Made by a program: the position numbers and the translations under genes. This document shows, one piece after another, positions 43,031-56,300 of a stretch of DNA of 64,000 nt (positions are counted from its first letter, which is position 1; each line of letters starts with the position of its first letter). The DNA comes from the human T2T-CHM13v2.0 reference genome, Homo sapiens. The stretch lies in the NCBI RefSeq assembly GCF_009914755.1, contig NC_060933.1. One strand, given 5' to 3'. The notes beneath the pieces are model-generated. The model worked only from the letters and a program-made list of their open reading frames with translations, was not told where the DNA came from and did no database searches.

Positions 43031-46000
43031 TCATCATTTTGATGATAAGGCCTGCAGAGATGATGCTTACATAAACAATCTGACAAGTAGGGCTGGATAA
43101 AGCAACTTGAAAATGATTTCTGATAACACTGTTAATTATAACACCGAGAAAACCATTCCCGAGAAGCAATTGCTGTTTTGATTGGTTCTTAATATACAGT
43201 TTGTTTTTTTTCAGTTCAGCAACTGAATAACTACAGTGAGCCAGAATAAGTTAGACAGCAGTGTCTAAAATATGAGCCTTGCTCTTGAAAAGCTTTTCTT
43301 CCAGAGGGGATATAGGGTGGTCACTGCTGGCTCCAGAGTTTTCTGTAGCATTCATAGTGGTGTCGTGGTTTCAGCAATTGCTGATTTCCGTTTGCTGGAC
43401 TTTTCCTTTGGTTTGTTTTAATGTTTCATTTAATGGAAGTGCCTAGATCAAAGCCCTGCATAAACTGGCTGTCAGTAAGTTTGGAGAGATGAGCTTGGAG
43501 GGTAGAAGATCCAAACACTCTTAAGAGATGGAACAACCATTCTCTCTTGCTACTCTCTTTTTGTCTTGGAATGGCCTCATTCTCATACACAGTGGTATAT
43601 ATGCCCAGAACCTGAGGAATGCTTGAATGCTGGGCCAAAAAGAAAAATCTGAGGTGAGAAATGTGACTGCTTGGTATTTATTTATTGGAGGCTATATACT
43701 TTTAATTCTGGCTTTAAATTCTGCAGCTAGAAATGCAGTTTGTGGGCAAGGAATGGGTGAATTTCCAAAAGAGATCTGAGAGGTTGACTTTTAGAATCCC
43801 TGAAGATGGGGATAAAAGGGGGACCTTTTAAATAAACCAAGTGCCCACAATGTCTTTATTACCACACTGCTACTTCACACTGTAGATTACATGAAGGCCT
43901 GGAGACTAATTTCAGCAACAGCCACAATTTACTAGCTATAGTGGGCCTCAGATGAATAGTTTCTTGTAAAATCAGTGGCAGCTTTATCCTAGCAGAGCAC
44001 AAATAAATCAGCTCTTATTATTCCACATTCATTTAATCCAGGGACATTAGTCAGTGAGACCTTTCTGCAGCCTAATAAACAGCAGCAGCAGCAGCAGTTT
44101 TTCTTTATGAGAGTAGTCGTTCATCCTAAATTAGAGCCAGCATTAGGCGGAGGCAGAAACTTTTGCTGGATGATTTAAAGATATATAATATGAGACCATA
44201 ATAGTGTATGAAAACTGTACCCATGTGTGTAAATATAGCAGGGTCATAATTTTGCTGTACGTGGATCACTTTAGAACATGTGGCTTATTTTATCTTTCTT
44301 GAGGGCTTTCTTTGTTGCAGGTGATGTTATCCTGTCTCTCTTCACTCAAGTGTCCTTTTATTTTACTTGGGAGTTGGGAAGGCATTGAAGTTGCATCTTC
44401 TTATTTCTGTTTACTCAGAAGGAAGTAAACCTGGCAGAGGAGGATTGTGAGCGAGGTGCATCTAAAATGTGCACCTGGATATTTCAGTTTGCTGAGCTGC
44501 TGCTTGATTCAAAATCCTAACCTGAACCACAGAGAACTTAAAAAAAAAAAAAAAACTAGTTAAGCCCAGGTCACAAGTTTTCTGTCGGAATGTCCCTATA
44601 TATGTGATGTACACAATTTGACTTGCATTGTTCTGATGATGTGGCTTTAGGGAGATAGATAATTTAAAATAAGCTTTCCATATATACAAATTGGCCCTTA
44701 CTTCATGGGTGTGCAGTATTCATAAGTAGAGATGAGTGTAGTTTTTGTTCATCTATAGCATAAATATGTCCAGGATGCTCTTTCATACCTCCATCAGGAG
44801 AAGATACATCAGAGAGTAATCAGCTTGATAAAAAATACATATGGAATCATTTGCTTGACACCAACAAATGCATAATCAAAAATGACTCTATTCCCTCTTA
44901 TGTATAGTGTGCACATCACTTTACTTACTGATTGAGTTTGTATACAACAGTGCTCTTCACAGCCCAGTAAGCATTAATTGAATACCCACTATGTGTGCTC
45001 CACGGTGGAATTTTATGTAGATCTGCTTATTTAAAATGCACTTCTTGTGGGAAGAAGAGGAAAAATAGGGCAGGCCATTGGATTCCAGGAATGTAAGCAC
45101 TGGAACTAATATAAAATTAATGAGATATGTTTTCCATTATCTGGAAATAAAATACAGTTATTATAACCAGGTATCATTGCATTTGACCACTGAGTTGTAG
45201 CCCATCCACTTAATGAAAATGAAAGTATCCTGATACAAACTGGGAAATACTGCATATTGGCATTAAAGGGTTACAGATATACAGCACTCAAATTAATTTA
45301 TTCTTCTGTAGCTAAAATGATACACTTAGTCTTTCGATACAATATACGTGTAGTCAAAACAGATTCTGTTTGCCCACAATAATACATCAATATGTACGAT
45401 TCTTCCTTCTCTGGGAGATTTACATTGTTTGCCAACAAACAAACAAACAAAAAACACCACCAGATAACTTAAGCAAAATCCTTAGGGTAGACCTTTATGG
45501 ACCCTGATTTTTTAATAACATATTGCCCCTGTGTGGGTAAAGGATTCTTTTCCTATTCCAGCCCTGGCAGCAGGGGTGGCAATTCCAGCTGATCTTTGTG
45601 CAATGCATTTTGCTGATTTTCAGGGTGGACTGGATGATCTGCAGAGGATGTCTGAAGCACAAAGCCATTACAGCAACCAGAGAAATGATACCAAGTGGTC
45701 AGTACATTACCCTCATATAGTGAGACCAGCATATTATTAAACAATGATTTTGGAAATAGATGGTCAACCACTTGAGCACAGCAAATAGCCTGTACTTTTA
45801 CATTTCTTCAAAGGCCTAACATAATACTTAGCATGTACTAGATATATACTGTGAATTGATTTAGTAACAAATGTTGATAAACATTGTTAAATAGGAAATT
45901 GCTCATCCTTAAAGATAGCTATGTCTAAGGAGGTTTCTTTTACTTTTCTTTGCACTATTCTTGTATACCAACTTATTATACTGTTATTTAAAAAAAATTC

Positions 46001-47361
46001 CTAGAAGTGAAACAATGAAATAGCAAAATCTTCAGTTTACATTTCTACAGGTAAAGTGAGGAGGAATTGAGACAATAATTTGGGTAATTCAGGCAAAAAG
46101 GCTTAAAATATTCAAATAACTAATGGCACTGGTAGGTTGGACAAACCGAATTACTGGGATATGATCATGAGGCATCTTAATTTTGACTCTCACTGCTCTT
46201 TAAAAATATATTCAGTGTGGCAACTTCTTTTCCTGCCCTGGATGAGAACTCAGTGTTCTCATGACATTTCTCATTACTCTTAGGTTATTAAAAATCCAGT
46301 CCATGTAATAATTACAATTCCAAACTTGATTAAGATTATTTTCTCTCCAATCCGAGCTAGGGCTTTTTCTTTCTTTCTTTGTTCTTCTTTCCCCAGCTTG
46401 TTTCCTGAGGTCTCTGATCCCTCTAGATTTGGAGAAATAGAAGAAAATATACTTATGAGATGCCAGAAGATTCATATTTGACTGGTATTCTTGGGATATT
46501 GCTTTACATTCCTAGACAGTTACGAGAAGCTTTTTCTCATGGGTGCTTTCATGAGTACTTTGGGAAACATGCTCCTCCTACTTGCTGTTTGATTGATCTA
46601 CCTGTATTCTGTCTGGTTGCTTGCTCTTTCCAAAGCCCTTAAACATTTTTTGGCTTCTATCTTCTGAGATTTCCTTAAGCCAGCCTTCTCTGTACTGAAT
46701 CTAAAACAACCCAACACAACATTATTTCATGCGTGACTCTACATGTAGTCCATGAGAAAGTCCCATGTTTTTTCTGCTTCTAACAAACTCCGATGAGGCT
46801 ACTCGCTAAGTCAATATGCTCTCCTCAAGTTCACCTGCCACCTTGAGTTCACCTGTCAGAGCTCCCGTCAAACTTTCTGCATGATTCTGAACAATTTTGG
46901 TACCATCATTATGGGTGAAGGGTTAAAGAATCCTCCAAGATGTCCTCAGTCTTTCTTCCATGAAAGTCCCCAACAGCCTTTCAACTCCTGTTGACATCTG
47001 CTGTTATTTTCACACCTTGGATGAAACGGAGGCAGGAAGACCTCTTAATATCCTGTCACACTGAGTTGCATATTTTCAAAGAATGTAATTTATTCAAATG
47101 GTCATGCTCTTTCTTCACTGTTTTTATTCCCCCCAATCTTAATCTTCACTGGATATTTTATAGTCAATTTTGAATCTTCATATTTGCTGTGCATTGAGTA
47201 AAAAGAATGAGATGTAGAAATGATAGTTTTCTTGCATTCACCAAATTTCTTTCAAGCATGTATTATTCAGCCCTGTCACATTTTTATTTTGCTGACATGT
47301 AACTAGAAACTAGAAAAAATATTATATGAGCTTTATTTTGTGGGTTGTTTGCACTTTAATT

Positions 47362-50300
47362 TTTTTATTTTTAATTTTTGTGGGTACATAATAGGCATAT
47401 GTATTTATGGGTTGCATGGGATATTTTCATACAGGCATGCAATGTGTAATAATCCCATCATGGTAAATGGGGTATCCATTACCTCAAACATTTATTCTTT
47501 ATGTTACAAATAATCCAGTTATACTCTTTAGTTATTTAAAATGAACAATTAAATTATTTTTGACTACAGTCACCCTGTTGTACTAGCAAATACTAGGTCT
47601 TATTCATTCTTTCTAACTACTTTTTTGTATGCATTAACCATCCCCATTCCACACCCTCCACTACACTTTGCAGCCTCTGGTAACCATTCTTCTACTTTCT
47701 AGCTCCACGAGTTCAATTATTTTCATTTTTAGCTCCCACAAATAAGTGAGAACATGTGAAATTTTTCTTTTTGTGCCTGGCTTATTTCACTTAACATAAT
47801 AAAATCCATTTCCATCCATGTTGTTGCAAATGACAGGATCTCATTCTTTTTTATGGCTGAATAGTACTCCATTGTGTATGTATACCACATTTTCTTTATC
47901 CATTCATATATTGATGGATACTTAGGTTGCTTCCATATCTTGGCTATTGTGACTAGTGCTGCAATAACATGGAAGTGCAGATGTCTCTTCAATATACTAA
48001 TTTCCTTTCTTTTGTGTACATACCTAGAAGCGCAACTGCTGGCCTGTATGGTAACTCCATTTTTAGTTTTTTGAGGAACCTTTAAACTGTTCTCTATAAT
48101 GGTTTTACAAATTTGCATTCCCGCCAACAGTATACAAGAGTTCCTTTTTCTCCAAATCCTCACCAGCATTTGTTATTGCCTGACTTTTGGATAAAAGCCA
48201 TATTAACTGGGGTGAGATGATATCTCATTAGTTTTAATTAGCATTTATTTGATGATCATGATGTTGAGCATCTATTTATATATCTATTTGCCATTTGTAT
48301 GCCTTATTTTGAGAAATGCCTATTCAGGTTTTTTGCCCATTTTTCAATCAGATTATTAGACATTTTCCTATAGAGTTGTTTGAGCTGCTTATATATTTTG
48401 GTTATTAATCCCTTGTCAGATGGGTAGTTCGCAAATATTTTCTCCCATTCTGTGAGTTGCCTCTTCACATTGTTGACTGTTTCCTGAGCTGTGCAGAAGC
48501 TTTTTAACTTGATATGGATCGCATTTGCCCATTTTTGCTTTGGTTGCCTGTGCTTGTGAGATATTACTCAAGAAATCTTTGCCCAGTTCAATATTCTGGA
48601 GAGCTTCTTCAATGTTTTCTTGTAGTAGTTTCATAGTTTGAGGCCTTAGATTTAAATGTTTACTTCATTTGGATTTGATTTTTATATATGGTGAGGGATA
48701 TTAGTCTAGTCTCACTCTTTTGCATATAGATACCCAATTTTCCCATCACCATTTATTGAAGAGACTGTCCTTTCTCCAATGTATGTTCTTGGCACCTTTG
48801 TGAAAAATGAGTTCATTGTGGATGTATGAAGTTATCTGAGTTCTCTCTTCTGTTCCACTGATCTATGTGTCTGTTTTTATGCCAGTACCATGCTGTTTTG
48901 ATTACTATAGCTCTGTAGTATAATTTAAAGTCTGGTAATGAGATTCTTCCGGTTTTGTTCTTTTTGCTTAATATAGCTTTGGCTATGCTGGTTCATTTGT
49001 AGTTCCATATAAATTTTAGGATTTTTTTTTATTTCTGTGAAGAATGTCGTCGGTATTTTGATAGGGATTGCATTAGGTATGTAGATTGCTTTGGGTACTA
49101 TGGACATTTTAACAATATTGATTCTTGCAATCCATTAACATGAAATATTCTTCATTTTTTGTGTCTTCTTTAATTTCTTGCATCATTGTTTTATAGTTTT
49201 TTATTGTAGACATCTTTCACTTATTTGGTAAATTCCTAGGTATTTTATTTTATTTGTGGCTATTGTAAATATGATTACTTTCTTGATTTCTTTTTCAGAT
49301 TGTTCACTGTTGGCATTTAGACATGCTACTGATTTTTCTGTGTTGATTTTGTGTCCTGTAACTACTGAATTTGTTTATCAGTTCTAATAGTTTTCTGGTA
49401 GAGTCTTTGGGTTTTTCTAAATATAAGATCATATCATCTTCAAACAAGGATAATTTGACTTCTTTCTTTCTGATTCAGATGCCCTTTATTTCCTTCTCTT
49501 GTCTGATTGCTCTAGCTAGGATAACCAGTACTATGTTGAATAACAGTGGCGAAAGTGGTCATTCTTGTCATGTATTCAATCTTAGAGGAAAGGCTTTCAG
49601 GTTTTCCCCGCTTAGTATGATATTAGCTATGGGTCTGTCATATATGGCTTTTATTATGTTAAGGTATGTTTCTTCTATACCCAGTTTTTTGAGGCTTTTT
49701 TTAAATCATGAAGCAATGCTGAATTTTATCAAATGCTTTTTCAGCATCAATTGAAATGATCATATAGTTTTAAATCTTCATTCTGTTAATATGATGTGTC
49801 ACACTGATTGATTTACATATGTTGAACCATTCAAGGCCTGCTGTAACCACTCCCTAGATACCACCTATGTTCACTCAAGGCCCTGAAACTCTACAATCAG
49901 CAGGTGGCAAAGCCACCCACCTTCAGGGAGGTGATTTCCCCCATGGCCTAAGTGGGTCTGGAGGTGCCATGATTTCTCCCATGGCCTAAGTGGGTCTGGA
50001 GGTGCCATGATTTCCCCCATGGCCTAAGTGGGTCTGGAGGTGCCATGATTTCACCCATGGCCTAAGTGGGTCTGGAGGTGCCATGTGCGGGTCAGGGACA
50101 ACCATCAAAAACCTTAGAAATCTACCTGGTGTTCTGTTGTACTGTGGCTGAGCTGACACTCAAACCATGAGATGCAGTTCTTCCTCCTCTTCCCTCCCCT
50201 TTCCACAGGCAGAGGAACCTCATCCTGTGGCCATGATAATCACAGGCCCACAGGGAGTACTGCCGGACTACCACTGATGTTCCCTTAAGGCCCAAGGGCT

Positions 50301-51628
50301 CTTCAGTCACCTTGTGGTGACTGCTGCCCATCCTGGGACTCACCCTGAAGGGCAGTAGGCTCTTCTCTGTCTCAGGACAGGTCCAGACATACCATTCAAA
50401 AGCCAAAGCCTGGAGTTGGGGACCCTAAGAGTCCACTAAGTGCGCTAACTTCCTGTGGCCAAGTGGCTACCTAAGGTGCAAGACAAAGTCCCCTTTACTT
50501 TTCTCTCAGCTTTTCCCAAGCAGAAGGAGTCTCTCCCTCTAGCCACCACAGCTGAGAATGTGCTGAGTCTCCCCTAAAGCCAATTAGTCTTAGAATGTCA
50601 CCCAAGGCCCACAGTGGTGGACACCAAGATACCACCTTGGTATCACTGCTGGTTATTCAGGGCCCAGGGGCTTTTTAGTCAGCAGGTGATGGATACTGCT
50701 GGGATTGGACCCTTCCCTTCAAGGCAGCAGTTTCCCCTCTGGCCCAGGGTGTGTCTAGAAATGTAGTCCAGGAACTAGGGCCTGGAAAGGGGGCCTCATG
50801 ACTCTGATGAGTGCCCTATCCTGCTGTGGCTGAGCCAGTATCCAACATGCCAGACAAAGTCCTTTTTACTCTTTCCTCTCCTCTCCTCAAGCAGAAGAAG
50901 GGATTGTCTCTTGGAACCATGAGCTGTGCAGTCTGAGGTTGGAGGATGAGTAGCATAAGTGCTCCCTTACCCGCCCCAGCTGGTGTCTCAGCAGGTTGAG
51001 TGCCCTCCAACTTCACTGACTCTGAGCTCAGTTCAGCACTTGGACTTACCTAGGAGTTGCAGTCATTGTGGCTTAGCTTGCCCTTCAAGTTTACTTAGAG
51101 ACCCAGAGCTCTTTACCCCAAGGTGGTGAGGCTTGCTGGAACTCAATCTCCAACCACTAGGATGGGCAAGCTTGCCAGCACTCAAGCTCCCCTCTGACTG
51201 GGGCTGGTTTAAATGCTCCCTCTGTGTGGGGGCATCAGCTGAGTTTGTTCGGGTTTTGCTTTCTGCTGTGATAGGGCAGCACTGAGTTTAATGCAATGTA
51301 TGCCAATTCTTGTGCTTTCCTTTTTCTAAGCACAAAGATTTTCTCTTCACACCACATAGCTAGTACCAGGAGATGGGGAAGGGATGATGTCAGCAATTCA
51401 AGACTGTCTTTCCTATTCTCTTCAGATCCTTTTTCAGCAATACGAAGTTAAATCAAGGTACTATGAGTGCTTACCTGATTTTTGGTTCTTATGAAAATGC
51501 TTTTTTTTTGTGGGGGGGTGGTGCGCGGGGTTGGGGTAGGGTTCGATAGTAATTAAATTGGTGTCCTTGCCATCAGGGATGATCAGTGGAGGCTTCTATT
51601 TGACCATCTTGCTCCACCCCTCTACTGG
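47362..51628 (-). mobile_element. L1MA-type element with both ends and TSD but a large internal deletion (5'UTR region joined to the 3' part of ORF2)
   Basis: L1MA 3'UTR at 47362-47730. ORF2 C-terminus in ORF 47729..48169 (KQPKYPS..WIKKMWYTYTMEYYSAIKKNEILSFATTWM..LSEISQAQKEKFHMFSLICGS). ORF2 continues to about 49830, then 5'UTR-type sequence ending gaccatcttgctccacccc. TSD ttgcactttaatt at 47349-47361 and 51629-51641. Confidence 0.9.
49933..50084. repeat. Minisatellite, 4 x 38 bp
   Basis: Unit gatttcNcccatggcctaagtgggtctggaggtgccat at 49933, 49971, 50009 and 50047; only position 7 varies (c,t,c,a). Confidence 0.97.
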
Positions 51629-52576
51629 TTGCACTTTAATTGTGGAATCTGTATAACTTCTTCTATGAATCTACATGAGTCTTTTAATAAATATTATAGC
51701 TTTCATACATATGTGTAGTTGTGGGGAAAGGGAGAGAGAATGTAGAGGAGTAAGAGAGAGTAGTTGGTAAAAGTGGTGGAAAACCCCCTTTTTATTTAAA
51801 TATCTAACTATAATTCTCAGTGCTTTATGTCTAGAGACTAGAACCTAGATTCTTTTCACAGGCAAAAGTTTTCCTACTGAATTTTAGAATCTGAAGAGCT
51901 TTAGTGATGATCCTGTACTACTCCTTTATTTTATGGTTTATAATGTATAATGGGTCGGAAAAGTTTATCTCTTTTTGTTGGAAAATTCTCAGTTCTATAA
52001 AGCTGAATCTTAAATTTTAAAGGATTTTTCGTTTCAGGTCACAAAGATCGTGGTAGAGGTGGAGCTAGAACTGAGCTTCCTATGTCAAGTTTTCCCTTTT
52101 ACTGGACCTAAAACTGAAAAAGATATTTTCCAATATTTATTTTAGAATCTTAAGTTTCCATAAGATCTAGAAATACATTTACCATTGGGCATTACCACAC
52201 CACTTACATCATTCATGCTGGTTACAGCTTTCCATAGTGAGAAAGTCTGTGTCAGTTTGGTGATGGTGATGATATGAAGGTAGTACAGGTAACTGACACT
52301 GGCAATTTCGTAAGCCTTCTCTAAAATATTGCACTAATATATCCTGGAAAGCTTCTCAAGGGGCTACCTTCAAAACCCAAATAAAAACCTAAGTAGCAAA
52401 TGTAATTTATGAAGAGTTTGATGAAAACTATTGTACATGCATCTTAATTGTGTCTACTTTCCCCATGTCTTTAGAGATTATCTAATGAATATAAGATGCT
52501 TCTTTGACTTCTCAGACTAATATAAATGAGTTTTAGTTCCCAGACAATTCTAGGGCATTAGATGACTTTATCTCTA

Positions 52577-53103
52577 TGTTCTGGTTATTTCTGCAATGTA
52601 ACAAGCTACCCTAAAATCTAGTAGCATTAAGCAATAGTGAACTTGTTATGTTCGTGGATTCTGTTAGGAATTTTGAAAAGGCACAATGGGGATGGCTTAA
52701 TTCTACTCCATGTTGTCTGGGGCTTCAGCTGGGATAACTTGAACGGCTGGGGATAACCCAAACAGATGGCATCTTTGCTCACATGCATGGTGTCTGGGCT
52801 GGGAAGGCTGAAGGATAGGCTCAGCTGCAATTATTAATTAGGGACCCCCTATGTGGCCTCTCCAGCATGGTGGCCTAAGTAGTCAGAAGTTTTATATGGT
52901 GATTCAGGGCTCAAAGAACAAAAGAGCAAAGCAGAAGCTGCATAGCCTCTGATGACTTAGCCTGGAAAGACACTAATTATCACTTCTACCATACTCTATT
53001 GATTTAAGCAATCACAAGTCCACCTAGACTTAAGGAAAGGCAATAGAGTCCCCTTGATAGGGCAGCATCAAAGGATTTGTGGCCATGTTTTAAAACAGCA
53101 CAC
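52577..53103 (-). mobile_element. MaLR LTR (MLT1F/G-like)
   Basis: tgttctggttat...tgtaacaagctaccctaaaat...tctggggcttcagctggg...aaggatttgtggccatgttttaaaacagcaca. Confidence 0.75.
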
Positions 53104-53339
53104 CCCAGTTAATCCCCTCCTGACTTTGGTGTTATCATTGTTGTAGTTTTAAATTTTTCTTACATTTTAGATCCTGTAAGAGATTATTATTGATTTTAAA
53201 AATAAACATTTATTTAGATTCATTCACATATATAACCTTTCAGTTGCTCTTTATTTCTTTCTGCATCTCTTTATGTCTGTCTGAGGTAATGTTTCCTTCT
53301 ACTAGCACAACTGCCTTATTTGTGTCTTCTTCTTTCTTT

Positions 53340-56300
53340 GTTAGTTGTGCTAGAGGATGGACCATTTTTTGGATTTTTTTCAAGAACCAGCTCTTGGTTT
53401 CATTATTTCTGTATTGTTTTTCTGTTTTTAATTTTATTGATTTCTTCTCTTTTCTTTACTATTTCTTTTCCTCTGTTTTGTGTTCATTTTGCTTTTCTTT
53501 GTCTAGGTTGTTGGCGAGGAAGCTTAGATTACGGATTTGAGACTTTTCCTCTTTTCTAATGTATGCATTTATTATACATTTTCCTCTCAGCACTGTTTCA
53601 GTTGTATCTGACACATTTTTAAATATTGTATCTTCATTTTTATTCAGTTTAATGTACTTCTAAAGTTACTTATGTTGTTTACTCTCTAAGTGCTTGGAGA
53701 TTTTCCTATTATGTTTTGGTTATTGATTTCTGTTTTGTTTCCACTGTGATCAAAGAACATACTATGTATGATTTCAATTATCTTACATTTGTTGAGGTTT
53801 GTTTTGTGGCCCAGGGCATATTCTATCATGGTATATGTTTCATGGGCACTTGAAAAGAATGCATATTCTGTTGTTTTGGGATGCTGGGTTCTATTAGTGT
53901 CAATTAGATTCTGTTGGTTGAAGGTGTTGTTGAGTTTCTCTGTATCCTTACTGATTTTCTGTCCAGTTGCTTTATGAATTGTTAAGAGAGGCATGTTAAA
54001 ATCTCCAACTATAATTGTGGTTTTTTTTTACTGCTCCTTTGACTTTTATCTATTTTTATTTGACATATATTACACCTTTGTTGTTTGGGTGCATAAACAT
54101 TTAGCATTGTTATGTTTTCCTGATACACTGACCCTTTTTATCATTACTTAATGTTTCTCTGTGTCTCAGGAAATTTTTATTGCTGAGAAGTCTACTTTAT
54201 CTGATATTAATGTAGTCATGCCTGATTTCCTTTGACTAACGTTTGCATAATATATCTTTTTTAACCTTTTACTTTCATCTTGAATATATCATTATATTAA
54301 AAGTGAATTTCCTGAGACAACATATAAATGGGTTATGTTTTTCAATTCACTCTGTCAATCTCTCTCTTTTAATTGTATGTAGACCTTTTACATTTAATAT
54401 AATTATTGATATGCTAAAGCTTAAGTGTGCCTTATTATTGTTGTTGTAGTTTTCTGCTTGTTCTTGGTGTTTCTTTTTTCTTTTTGCTTGTTTCTCCTCT
54501 TTCTGTTTCCTAACTTCTTGTGGTTTATTAAATATATTTTTTAGAATTCCATCCATTTTGATTTATTGATACTGTGTTGGAGTGTACCTTTTGGTATAGT
54601 TTTTTGTTTTGTTTTGTGACTGCTCTATGTAGTATGTGATATATATGATTTATCCCTGTCTACTAGTTTTTAACATTTTATTAGTTTGAGTGAAGTGCAG
54701 AAGTTTTACCTCCTTTTGTATCCCTTAACTCTCTCATATTTATGATATGATTGTCTTACATTTAAAACCATATTATACAGTATTATCATTTTTGCTTCAG
54801 TCATCAAAGATACTTTAGAAAACTCAAGAGGAGATGAAAAGTCTTTTGTATTTACCCATAATGTTTGCTTATTGTGTTCTTTCTTCTTTCCTGACATTCC
54901 AAAGTTTCTTGTTGTATCATTTTCTCTCTTTGGAGAACTTCATGTACCTATTCCTATAGGGTTTGCCTAATGATGACAAATTCTCTTAGTTTTTCTTCAT
55001 CTGAAAGTGTTTTGATTTCTCCTTTATTCCTGAGGGATATTCAATATGGGATTCTGGATTGGCAGTTCTTTTAGCATTTAAAAAATATTTTGCCACTTCC
55101 TTCTGGCTTCCATAGCTTCTGATATTGTTCAAAATTTTCTTCTGTAAGTAAGGTATTAATTTTCTCTGGTTGCTTTCAAGATTGTTCCTTAGTCTTTAGT
55201 TTTTAGATGTTCAATTATGATGTGTCTTGGCATGGCTTTCTTTTGATTTATCCTGTTTGGATTTGGTAAGCTTCTTGTATCTGTAGATCTGTGTCTCTTC
55301 AAAAATTTGAAAAGTTTTAGCTATTATTTCTTTGAGTATATTTTTATCCCTGCCCTCTTTTTCTTATTCTAGAACTTGCTGGCATGAATGTTAGATCTTC
55401 TGTTATAACCTCACGGGTGCCTGAGCCTCTGTTCATGTTTTCCTCCAGTCTGCTCTCTCCATTGTTTAGATTGGATAATTTCTCTTTTCTGTCTTCCAAT
55501 TCAATGATACTCGCTTCTATTTCTTTTATTCTATTCTTCAGCCCATCCATTGAGCTGTTTATTTTGGTTATTTTGTTCCTTAGTTCTAACATTTCCATTT
55601 GATTCTTCTTTATATCTTTTAATTTTTTACTAATAGGTTTATCCCTTGGTATTCATGAGGGATTGATTCCAGGACCACCTTCATACACCAATATCTGTGG
55701 ATGTTTAAAACCGTTATTCAAAATGGTATAGTATTTGCATATAACCTGTGCAAATCCTCCCATGTATTTTAAATCATCTCTAGATTACTTATAATACCTA
55801 ATACAGTGTAAATGCTACGTAAATAGTTCTTATACTATATTTTTAAACTTGTATTATTTTTATTGTTGTATTTTATATTTTATTGTTTTTTTCCAAATAT
55901 TTTTGATCTGTGGTTGGTCAAATCTATAGATGCAGCACCCACAGATACACAAGATTTGTTAAGGCTTTCTAATTTTTCTGTTATTTCCTTTTAATTGCTT
56001 ATTAAAGCATTTTTATAACGACTTCTTTAAAATCTCTGATGATTCTAACATCTCTATCTTCTCAGTGTTGGAATCTATTTTTTTAAATTCAGTTTGAGAT
56101 CTTCCCGGCACTTGGAATGAGTAGTGATTTTTTTAATGGAAACCTAGATATTTTCATATTACATGATGACACTTTAGATCTTATTTAAGCTTTCTGTTTT
56201 AGGTAGCTTTCTCTGACACTGGTATGGCATGGGAAACAGGAACATCACTTTGTTACTTCCAGGTAGAGGTAGAAGTCCAAGTTCCCCACTCAGAGTCTGT

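Noticed and set aside
44080-44097. (CAG)6
   Set aside because: Too short and not in an exon-like context.
49933-50084. 38-bp repeats as a CRISPR array
   Set aside because: Head-to-tail with no spacers, primate context and no cas genes; it is a minisatellite.
47729-55602. L1 ORF1/ORF2-like ORFs as functional CDS
   Set aside because: Short frameshifted fragments of dead elements.
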